64,000 nt of DNA from Chloroflexota bacterium (GTDB taxonomy: Bacteria; Chloroflexota; UBA11872; VXOZ01): contig CATQHC010000002.1 in the NCBI GenBank assembly GCA_958295775.1, positions 198,915 to 262,914 on the forward strand, in the 5' to 3' direction. The notes below the pieces were generated by a model that saw nothing but the letters and a program-made list of their open reading frames with translations, had not been told where the DNA came from and made no database searches. Positions 9,783 through 19,000 of the stretch are shown piece after piece. The position numbers and the translations under genes are program-made. The stretch's first letter is position 1. The number at the start of each line of letters is the position of its first letter.

Positions 9783-10026
9783 CCGCGAGTGTGAGGCCGG
9801 CGTAGCAAGTCTCTTGCCGGACGTGGCGCCCTCGTCACTTTCCTAAACCGCTTCTTTCGGCGATAATGCATGAGATGCGTCGCTGGGAGCGTTAGAGCCT
9901 GACGAAAAGAGCCGATTCGCATAGGCGTTCGCTCCCATTGCCCGCTATCGTGGTCCCGCAGCGCGCTGAGATGCGGCATGCCGCCGAACTCGAAATTCCG
10001 CAGTTGCACAACGTGGAGGATATGCA

Positions 10027-10812
10027 ATGGCACAGGCAATTACCAAGGTTTCGGCTGAAGAGCAGGCGTTCTATGTCGAGAACGGCTATCTCCTGATTAG
10101 GGGTCTGGTTTCTGCGGAGGGCATCGCGGAACTAAAGGAGCGGCTCGAAATGTACATGTACGACCGCTTGCCCGTACCTGAAGGCGTCAAGATTCAGGTA
10201 GAGCCGCGCGTCGAGCGTGGCGAAGTGCCCTGGCCCACGCGACGCGGCGACGCCTATCGCAAGATTGATCGACTCGTCGTTCACGATGATCGTTTTCGCG
10301 CGCTGGGCACCATGCCGGAAGTTGTGGAGCGCATGCAAGCTCTGATCGGCAGCGAGAACCTAAAGCTCTTTCGCGACTCGGTGCTGATGAAACCGGCGCA
10401 GGTGGGATCCGCCAAAGGGATGCACCAGGATTCACCTTATTGGCCGATTGAGCCGATGGCATTGAGCTCATGCTGGATGCCTTTTGAGCCTGCTACCCCG
10501 GAGAACGGCTGCATCACAGCCATTCCCGGCAGCCATAAACGCGGAGCCGTGCCCCACGAGCGCGTGCCGGATGATTACATTATCAACGAACAGCACTATG
10601 ACACCGGTGACGTAATTGCCGTGCCGATGGCAGCGGGCGACGGTCTTTTCTTCCACAGCCTACTGCTGCACGGCACCGCGCCAAACCTCACGGTACAGTC
10701 GCGGCGGGCGATCACGATGAGCTATATGGCGGCGGAATTCAAATATACCGGCGAGCCGCCAAAACCTGACTATCTGCGCATCTGCGGGCAAGACGTCCCC
10801 GGCGGGGTGTAG
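10027..10812 (+). CDS. Phytanoyl-CoA dioxygenase (PhyH) family Fe(II)/2-oxoglutarate oxygenase
   Basis: HQD facial-triad motif (GMHQDSPYWP); distal His in LLLHGTAPN; family-typical length; RBS ggagga. Confidence 0.65.
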   Translation: MAQAITKVSAEEQAFYVENGYLLIRGLVSAEGIAELKERLEMYMYDRLPVPEGVKIQVEPRVERGEVPWPTRRGDAYRKIDRLVVHDDRFRALGTMPEVVERMQALIGSENLKLFRDSVLMKPAQVGSAKGMHQDSPYWPIEPMALSSCWMPFEPATPENGCITAIPGSHKRGAVPHERVPDDYIINEQHYDTGDVIAVPMAAGDGLFFHSLLLHGTAPNLTVQSRRAITMSYMAAEFKYTGEPPKPDYLRICGQDVPGGV

Positions 10813-11020
10813 CCCTCCTACGCTCATCGCCGTACAGGGCAAGGCGCCAGCGAGCACGAGTCTCACGGGCAAGATTTTGTGGCGTGCCGCCTAAGTGGAT
10901 TAGTCTGCGCTGCCCTATTTCGTTTCAACCGGGCGAGAGGGCAGCGCCGAGACCGCCAATTCTGCAGGCAGAGCGAACGAGTGTTGCCGTGAGTGTTCGC
11001 GGGCTGAGAGGAGCATCCCC

Positions 11021-12757
11021 TTGGCAACTACCCAAGTGAATGAGAACATCCGCTACGAGAGGGATGACCGGTGCCCGCCGCTGGTTGCCATAGGCGTGGG
11101 GATTCAGGGCGTCATGATCGTGGTGGCGCCGGCCATATTGATCGTCGCCATCACTGCTCTCGCCGCCGGTCAAGATGAACAATACCTCGCTTGGGCCGTC
11201 TTCGCATCGCTCATAATTGGCGGGGCCATCACTGCCTTGCAGGCTGCGGGTATTAGCTGGCTGGGCACCCGGCACATCCTCATTACGGGAACTACACCGA
11301 ACTTCGTTGCGATTTCGGTCTTGGCCTTGGAGCAGGGCGGCCCGTCTACTCTGGCCAGCTTGATAGTTCTGTCGGCGTTCTTCTACTTGGCGGTGTCGGC
11401 GTGGCTGCCGCGGCTGCGCCGCATCATCACACCCACCGTATCCGGTATCGTCCTCATGCTGATCGCGGCCATGATTCTTCCTGTCGCCTTCGACCGGCTG
11501 AAGGAAGTGCCGGCAGGCACCCCGGAGCTTGCGGGCCCCGGTGTGGCGATGGTCACAGTGATCGTCACCACCTTGCTTGCGCTGCGCGGGCCGGTGTCCT
11601 GGCGGCTGTGGTCGCCGCTGCTCGGGATAGGCGCCGGCTGTGTGGCGGCCGCTCTGTTTGGCATGTTCGATTTGCAGCGACTGATGGAAGCTCCTTGGCT
11701 GGGCCTCCCCAGTGGCGGCTTTCCCGGCCTGGACCTCACGCCCTCAATCAGCTTCTGGGCGCTCTTGCCCATGTTCCTGGTGGTCACTCTGGTGCAGGCA
11801 ATCAAGACCGTTGGAGACGCGGTGGCCGTGCAACAGGTGTCGCAGCGCAGACAGCGTGCAATCGACTTTCGGCTTATCCAAGGCGCGCTCTACGCCAACG
11901 GCGTGGGCATCCTGCTATCGGGTCTCGCTGGGACACCGCCGACGAGCGCTTACTCGTCCTCCACTGCCTCGCTCATCAACCTCACCGGGGTTGCCGCGCG
12001 CAGCGTTGCCTACGCGATGGGGATACTCTTCCTAATCCTGGCGTTCTTCCCCAAAGTCACGGGAGTGCTCCTCACAATCCCCAACCCAATTATGGGGGCC
12101 TTCTTGTTGGTAGCGATTGGCATTCTCTTCGTTGAAGGCATGCGGGCTATCTCTCGTTCCGGCCTCGGCTATCAGGATGTGCTCGTCGTAGGGCTGGCGC
12201 TCTCTATAGGCATTGGGCTGCAACACCAGAACATCTTCGCGGGTATGTTGAATCCACCCTGGGACACATTGCTCGGCAATGGCATCATTGTTGGTAGCGC
12301 AGTGGCGATCGGGCTGACACTACTCCTTGACATAACAGGCCCAAGACGCAGACGCTTGGAGGTGCCGTTGGACAGCTCGGAGATTCCTCGCGTCGATGCA
12401 TTCCTGCAAGAAGTCGCAGCCAAGCTGGGGTGGAATGCTGCTGCAACCGACCGATTGCGCGCTGCGGGCGAGGAGACACTGGCAAGCCTGCTGCAGCCGG
12501 GCAACGAGGATGATGCAGGCAAAGTCCCCCGGCTGACTATCGTTGCAAGACCTGAGGGCAAAGCTGTGGAGCTTGAGTTTCTGGCAGATGTTGCCGAAGA
12601 GAACCTGGAGGACCGATTAGTCTATCTTGATGAGCAGAGCGAGACTCTGGACGACAGAGAGATATCGTTTCGCCTGCTGCGACACCACGCATCCTCAGTC
12701 CGGCACCAAAAGTACCACGGTTTGGACATCGTCACTGTGCGTGTTGACGCAACCTAG
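11021..12757 (+). CDS. NCS2/xanthine-uracil permease family transporter with ~150-aa C-terminal cytoplasmic extension
   Basis: Multi-TM protein; block TASLINLTGVAARSV…FPKVTGVLLTIPNPIMGAFLLVAIG resembles the Xan_ur_permease core; the C-terminal domain is of unknown type. Confidence 0.45.
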   Translation: MATTQVNENIRYERDDRCPPLVAIGVGIQGVMIVVAPAILIVAITALAAGQDEQYLAWAVFASLIIGGAITALQAAGISWLGTRHILITGTTPNFVAISVLALEQGGPSTLASLIVLSAFFYLAVSAWLPRLRRIITPTVSGIVLMLIAAMILPVAFDRLKEVPAGTPELAGPGVAMVTVIVTTLLALRGPVSWRLWSPLLGIGAGCVAAALFGMFDLQRLMEAPWLGLPSGGFPGLDLTPSISFWALLPMFLVVTLVQAIKTVGDAVAVQQVSQRRQRAIDFRLIQGALYANGVGILLSGLAGTPPTSAYSSSTASLINLTGVAARSVAYAMGILFLILAFFPKVTGVLLTIPNPIMGAFLLVAIGILFVEGMRAISRSGLGYQDVLVVGLALSIGIGLQHQNIFAGMLNPPWDTLLGNGIIVGSAVAIGLTLLLDITGPRRRRLEVPLDSSEIPRVDAFLQEVAAKLGWNAAATDRLRAAGEETLASLLQPGNEDDAGKVPRLTIVARPEGKAVELEFLADVAEENLEDRLVYLDEQSETLDDREISFRLLRHHASSVRHQKYHGLDIVTVRVDAT

Positions 12758-12966
12758 CGGTCGGATAGAGCGCAGGAGCCTTCATACATGGTCAATGGGA
12801 ATTTTGCCGAGTTTTATATGCCCGGCTTGCCGTGGGCCCTGCCCTGTCTTCGCAGCTTAGCCGGACTTGGTCCTTGTCATCAAACGACGGCGGAGTTTGC
12901 GTCCGCTGGTCCCAAGGACTACTGACTCTCGCACCTCACGAAGCTTACAACTGCGGAGAGCGAGGG

Positions 12967-13875
12967 TCAGCCATTCCCGGTCTCGGCGATGAATTCGCGC
13001 ACGATATCGGCGCACTCCTCAGGCATTTCCAGTGGGAGAAAGTGCGTGGCATCCGGCAGGAAGTCGTAGTCCACACTCATGATGTCGCTTAAGTCGAGAG
13101 TCGGCAAGTACGAGAAGGGCAAGGTAGGATCAGCCCCAATAACCTTAATGGGGCAATGGAATTTGGCAAAGTCTACAAGTACGGCATAGGGGCTGGCATA
13201 GTCCACGATCTGCGCTTCATACGCGGGCGGACACCGCAGTTCATAGCCGGGTCCTTCCTTGCTCTGCCGTGTTGTTGCACGCGCCACGAGTTCGATAGTC
13301 CCCGGCACGGTGTGGTAGAACAATGGTGAGAAACCAAGGAGCTCTACGAAATCCTCCCTGCTCTTGAATCGTTCGGTGCGGCGCCGGGCCATGCCAGCGG
13401 CGCGCGTCGCAGCCGCATCGAATTCTTCATAGCTGGCGCCGGGTTTGCACAACGGCGGGTCAAATAGAATTAGCGCAGCAAACCGGCTGCCTTTGAAGGG
13501 TGAGACAAGTGTTGTGAGCGCAGAGACGGAGTGGAATACCCCAGTCATGGGTTTCTTGCCGTAATTGCAGTCAATCGCGTCGAGAATCAGATCATGGTCG
13601 CGCGCAAAGGTTGCTATTGTGTGCTCTCTGGCGGATGTCACAGTATTCCAGCCGTGGTTCCTGAGATCATGGACGATCACGTCGTAGTCGCTGGTGAGGA
13701 GCGACCAGAAGGGGTAATACAGATCAACTGCGAGGCCATTGCCGTGACAAATGAGCAGCCGATGCCCTTCCGGATTCCCGTGGCGGCGCAGAGAAATCAC
13801 GGTCTCATCGTCCACTTGCACTTCGAGAGTGGCAAGCGGATCAGGCACATTCCAAATTGCGTTTGCAGCCGACAT
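12967..13875 (-). CDS. Alpha/beta-hydrolase fold protein (putative acyl-chain releasing hydrolase of the PKS locus)
   Basis: HGNG oxyanion region, nucleophile-elbow-like FHSVSA, overall a/b-hydrolase pattern; located directly after the PPTase in the PKS cluster. Confidence 0.55.
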   Translation of the reverse strand: MSAANAIWNVPDPLATLEVQVDDETVISLRRHGNPEGHRLLICHGNGLAVDLYYPFWSLLTSDYDVIVHDLRNHGWNTVTSAREHTIATFARDHDLILDAIDCNYGKKPMTGVFHSVSALTTLVSPFKGSRFAALILFDPPLCKPGASYEEFDAAATRAAGMARRRTERFKSREDFVELLGFSPLFYHTVPGTIELVARATTRQSKEGPGYELRCPPAYEAQIVDYASPYAVLVDFAKFHCPIKVIGADPTLPFSYLPTLDLSDIMSVDYDFLPDATHFLPLEMPEECADIVREFIAETGNG

Positions 13876-13882
13876 AGGCGCG

Positions 13883-14611
13883 CTAGTCTTTCAAGATTGC
13901 GCTAGCTCTCGCTTCGCTCGCAAGAGCTGCCGCGAACCATTTGGTGCCAAGGTCTTCGATGTGCCACGTCACGGCGGGCATTTGCGGTAGCTGCAGCACG
14001 CCGCCGCGCATGCCCTGGATCATCGCGAGCGGGGTCTCAATCCGCGTGGCGTCGAGCGAGAACCCCTTGCCGTGAGCTTTGATGAGTGCTTCTTTAATGG
14101 TCCAGAGCTTGTAAAAGAAGTGTAGCCTATCGGCCCCCTGTGTAGATGCGAACTCAGCCTGTTCTCGCTTGCTGAGCACCGTGTCAACAAGAAACTCAAG
14201 GTTGCGGCGGCTGTCCCGTTCCTCGACGTCTACTCCCAGCCGGCCCTTTGGCGCGAGCGCGACCAAACCGTGTTTGCCACTGTGGCTTACATTGAAGCTG
14301 ATTGCGGCGGGTTCCCCATCCAGCAGGGCGAAGGGCTTCCCATGTTGGGTAAGTGCAAACGTTAGCTGCTCATTCTTGCATTGGAGCTGATCGCAAATCA
14401 CGGCACGCAATGCGGCGCGACATAATGAAAATCTGCGCCGGGGGCCCGCATAGGGAAAGCGCCGCCTACGGGCCTGCTCTTGCGCGTCCAGCCAAGCAAT
14501 TGCTGCGGTTTCTCCCTTAGCGCTGGGTAAAAGGTCTACATGGATTACATCAACTGAGTTGATAGTCTTGAACGGGGTCCACCAGCGCTCAGCATGTGAG
14601 TTGAGCGACAT
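13883..14611 (-). CDS. 4'-phosphopantetheinyl transferase, Sfp type
   Basis: PPTase motifs GVDVEE and WTIKEALIKAHGKG; ~240 aa, typical of Sfp-type enzymes. Confidence 0.75.
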   Translation of the reverse strand: MSLNSHAERWWTPFKTINSVDVIHVDLLPSAKGETAAIAWLDAQEQARRRRFPYAGPRRRFSLCRAALRAVICDQLQCKNEQLTFALTQHGKPFALLDGEPAAISFNVSHSGKHGLVALAPKGRLGVDVEERDSRRNLEFLVDTVLSKREQAEFASTQGADRLHFFYKLWTIKEALIKAHGKGFSLDATRIETPLAMIQGMRGGVLQLPQMPAVTWHIEDLGTKWFAAALASEARASAILKD

Positions 14612-14748
14612 TGCGCGCTGTCTCCAAGCCGGAATTTTGAAAAGGCTTCATGAATCAAGACAGTGTACCGATCTTGTGGAACGGCACACTGATTGAAAGC
14701 AAACAGAGACTAGCTTCGCCTCTTGCGAGCTGTGGTGCGCGCGGGAGC

Positions 14749-15000
14749 CTAAGCCGCTTGCGAGTCAAGAAACTCAATTAGCTCACGAAGGTTGTTGAGT
14801 GTCGGACAATGCTCACGCGTGAAGGTGACATTGAACTCTTGCGCCACCACTTTTCCAAATGAGACGATATCCATCGACGATACGCCGAGGTCTACGAGGC
14901 TGGCTTCCAAATCGACGGACGATCCAAGTGACTTACCGTCAACTTCCAGATTATCCGCAACGAGACTACGAACCCTTTCTTCCGTAGAGGCCATATACAT
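14749..15000 (-). CDS. Discrete acyl carrier protein
   Basis: 83 aa with LGVSSMDIVSF phosphopantetheine-attachment-like site; RBS agggaga upstream. Confidence 0.6.
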   Translation of the reverse strand: MYMASTEERVRSLVADNLEVDGKSLGSSVDLEASLVDLGVSSMDIVSFGKVVAQEFNVTFTREHCPTLNNLRELIEFLDSQAA

Positions 15001-15205
15001 TCTCCCTACTGCTACAAGGCGGCATTTCGACAGTCATAAGGGTAGCAAAACAGATCGAAAGTGGTCAACATTACGTGTCCGCCCGGCTGGCGGCAGCAGA
15101 GCAGGGTTACTGCCCCTACATTACACCGGGTAGATTGTAGTCTTGAGTTTCGTTGCTCTGCTCGCAACACGCTGAGCCCGCCGGAGGTTCCTGGGAAATT
15201 AGTTC

Positions 15206-16068
15206 TTAGAACCAGTGACGGCGGCGTTGGAAAGGGTAGCCTGGCAACGACACACGGCGCCTTGCTTCTCCGGCGAACAGCCCCCTGAAAGTTATCGCCA
15301 GGCCGGCCTCATACGCTCTCGCAACCGCCTCGGTGAATTCATTCCTGGGCCCAGGCGCTGTTTCCACAGAGGCTGTTCGTACAAGGGCTGCAATTGCAAC
15401 TGGCGCGTGAGCGCTCGCTGTCGCGCCTGCCGGTTCCGGTCGGTCTGTGGCAACAGTGAGACAAGAGTCTGTCCCGGAGTCAATCTCTATTACCACATCT
15501 ACGCCAAGTTCAACGAGAGATTCTAAGCTGTCTTGGGAGTGCGGCTGGTCTATAGTGCGCTGTTGCCAGTATGACGTGTCAATTTGCTCGCCCGGCGCCA
15601 CAGTGCGCCCCAACCCGTTACTCACGTACGTGACCGAAGGTGATGAGAGTTCGAGCTCTTGTACCCCGGCTGCCAGCGCCTCAGTATTGGGGCCGGCCGG
15701 GACCGCGTCGGCAAGCTCTGCTGCATGCGTGCCAAGTGCCGCGGTAAGCCTAAGTCCGTCTTCCAAACTCAATACGCCCGCCGCCTGCGCCGCGGCAATC
15801 TCGCCACGCTTGGATCCGAGCACCACATCCGGCCGGACGCCCACGGTTTCCCACAATGCGGTCAGCGCACATGCCAGCGCATAGAGCGCCGGTTGCAGCA
15901 AAGCGGGGTCTGCCGGCTCTCCCTCCGCTCCACTCGCTCCAAGCATGGCGTCCAGCAAAGATGCGCCGTGCTCTTCCTGGTAAACCTCATTGCAACGGTC
16001 AAAGACGGCGCGCGCAACGGGCTCCTGCTCATACAGGGACTTTCCAAGCTAAGCCGGCGGCAATCCGC
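15206..16068 (-). pseudogene. Decayed acyltransferase (AT) domain remnant of a second PKS module
   Basis: After KVAFVFSG the GQGSQW motif is replaced by a 22-nt stretch that shifts the frame; the downstream frame then reads LGKSLYEQEPVARAVFDRCNEV…LLDAMLG…, paralleling AT1. The active site GHSLGE has become GSKRGE. The ~110-aa small-subdomain region including the AFHS motif is absent. It ends with the post-AT linker …YPFQRRRHWF*. Confidence 0.65.
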
Positions 16069-19000
16069 GCCGGAAAATACGAACGCCACCTTGGTTGCGC
16101 TTGGCGGATCGAAATCTTCAGGCTTTTCATCGCTTGCCGCCAGCGCTGCAAGCTGCAACTGTAAGTCCCTGGCATCTTGAAACACCAACCCCTTACGATG
16201 CGCAAAGTGGCTGCGGCCCACGCCGGCGGTCCAGGCAATGTCAGAGAGCGTGGCCTCTGCAGCCAGGTCTGGCAAACCCGATGCAACGTTGTGTTGAGTG
16301 AGCCATGCCAGATAGCTCTCTGCGAGCTGGCGCAAAGCGCGGTCGGTCTTGCCAGCGAGCGGCAGAAGACGCGTAGTACGCGGGGTGATCGCTGCCACCG
16401 GCCCCGCGGACACAGCATCGGGAAGGGAAACCTCAACTTCTCGCGAAACTCCGGCCGGCCACTCCTGGTTCGGGTTGCCGTCGCTGGGCTCGTCATGTGC
16501 GCCGTAGCCTTCCAACAAGAGGTGCGCATTTGCGCCTGAAATGCCAAATGCATTAACCCCCGCGAGCGGCGGCCGGTCGGTAGTGTGCGGCCAGTCCGTC
16601 GCGGCGGTCGTCACCTGGACAGGCATGCGCTCCCAATCTATGTCGGGGTTTGGTGTTTGAAAGTTTATGTGCCGAGGTATTACTCTTCGGTTCATTGCCA
16701 GGAGAGTCTTGATGACGCTGGCCGCGCCACCCGCGGACTCAAGGTGTCCGATGTTCGTCTTTACCGAGCCAATGAAAAGCGGACGCTCTGGTGTACGACT
16801 CTTGCCATAGACAGAGGAAACCGCGTTCAATTCGATGGCGTCACCCAGGGGCGTCCCCGGCCCGTGGGCTTCAACATAGTCGACGTCAGCCGGGGCGAAC
16901 CCGGCTTGGGCAAGCGCTTCCTCCATTACACGCTCTTGCGCCGGGCCGTTCGGTTGGGTGAGGCCCAGGCCCGCGCCGTTTTGGTTCACTGCCGAACCCC
17001 GGATCACGCCCCAAATACGATCACCGTCCGCTTCGGCGTCGCTTAGCCGCTTGAGAACCACCATGCCGCAGCCTTCGCCGCGCACGTAACCGTCTGCCGC
17101 GGCGTCGAACGACCAGCACTGGCCTGTTGGAGACAACATCCCAACGTCTTCGAGGAAACGCATTACCGATGGGGCGAGGACCGCTTGTACGCCGCCGGCC
17201 AGCGCCAAGTCTACTTCGCCACGCTGCAAACTCGCCGCCGCCTGGTGCACGGCAACCAAGGATGACGCGCACGCCAGGTCTAGCGGCACCGCGGGACCTT
17301 CCAAGCCAAGCGAATACGCAATCCGTCCCACGGCCACGCCGCCGGAAGTACCAAAGAAGTCGTCACCCCCGCCGTTTGCGCTAATCAGCCGGCGATACTC
17401 GCTGCTGCCGATGCCTGCGTACACGCCGCTACGGCTGCCCTTGAGCCGGTCTGGGTCAATGCCTGCGTCCTCGAGGGCGTGCCAACTCGTCTCAAGCAAG
17501 AGGCGTTGTTGCGGATCCATGGTGCGCGCTTCGATGGGCGCAATCCGGAAGAACCGCGAATCAAAATAGTCTATCTCATCGATAAACGCCCCTCGTCGAC
17601 TGGCGGCATCCTCAGCGTCCGGGTCACCGGCGACGCCGGTCCATGAACCGGCATCTTGGCGTCCGTCCGTGACCTTGTTCATGCCGGCATCCAAGATCTT
17701 CCAGAATGCGTGAATGTCATCCGCGCCGGGGAAGCGGCACGCCATGCCCACGACGGCAATGCCATCCTGGTCGGTTTGGACTTGTGGCGGCGGATCCGGC
17801 GCAATGCTCGCGGGAGGCGTCGGCAGTTCTTCGACAGCACCGAGCTCTGCGGCCAAGTGGCGCGCCAGACCGGCAATGCTGGGATAGTCGAATACCACGG
17901 TGTTGGAGGCCACGTACTCCCCGGCAAAACCACGGTTAATGCGGTTCCGCAACTCGACCGCCATGAGCGAATCCATACCCAGATCGGAGAAGTCCACCGT
18001 GGGGGCCGGCTCCGTCGGCAAGCGCATGACTGACTGGATCTCCTGCTGAAGGAACGACACGAGTATCTGCTCGCGCTCAGCGAGGGCAGCGGCGTGGAGA
18101 CGAGGCATCAAATCCTGTGGCAATTCGGATTGCTGCTCTTCGCCATCCGCGGCAGCGGACAACAGATCTTCCAGCAGTAGCGGTTTGTCCTCATGATTCT
18201 GAGCGAATACCTGCCAGTCGACTGCAGCGACCATGCCGGCGGTAACATCCTGGCGCATGAGCGATTCTAGCGACCGCAATCCCTGCTGCGGTGTCATCCA
18301 ACCTGTTCCCGCTGCTTCCAGTTGACGCGAGATTCTGTCGCGCTGTTCTTCCGCTTCGCCAAGTCCCGCCCATGCGCCCCAGGCGATAGATTGACCCGCA
18401 AGTCCTAGGGCCCTGCGGTGGCCGGCAAGCTGATCCAGAAACGCATTGGCGGCCCCATGGTTCGCCTGACCGGCATTGCCTAGCACACCCGTAACGCTGG
18501 AGAACAGCACAAAGAGGTCCAGGTCGCGGTCCAAAGTGGCGCGGTGGAGATGCCAAGCGCCCAAAACCTTGGGCCACAGCACGTCTTCAAAACCTTCCCA
18601 GGTCTGGTTGGTGAGCGCGGCATCGGAAAGGACACCTACGCTATGGATAATGCCCGCGAGCGGCGGCAAGGACACATCGATGCGTGCCAACATCGCATCC
18701 ACCGCAGCGGCGTCTGTAACATCGGCCAACTCTACCCGGATCTCTACGCCGCGCCGCTGCAGTGCGTCGATTGCTGCCACCGCCTCAGGATCGGGATCAC
18801 GGCGGCCGTTCAGGACAATCGCCCCGGCGCCGCGTTCCGCCAGCCAGCCGGCCAAGGCGCAGCCAATGCCGCCAAGGCCGCCCGTTATCAGGTAGGTTCT
18901 ATCGTCTCGCAACTGCCCGGTCTCGATCGGAGATATAGTGAGTACGATCTTGCCAATGTGCCGCGCCGCGCGCATGAAATCCATGGCCGGCCCGGCTTCG

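Noticed and set aside
10880-10960. Hairpin ctgccct-(21 nt)-agggcag upstream of the NCS2 permease, as a possible purine riboswitch
   Set aside because: Lacks the conserved purine-riboswitch junction nucleotides; more likely a simple stem-loop or nothing
16029-16553. 174-aa minus-strand ORF overlapping the 3' end of the PKS
   Set aside because: Out-of-frame read across the KS2-AT2 junction region; its sequence is low-complexity and is explained by the frameshifted PKS
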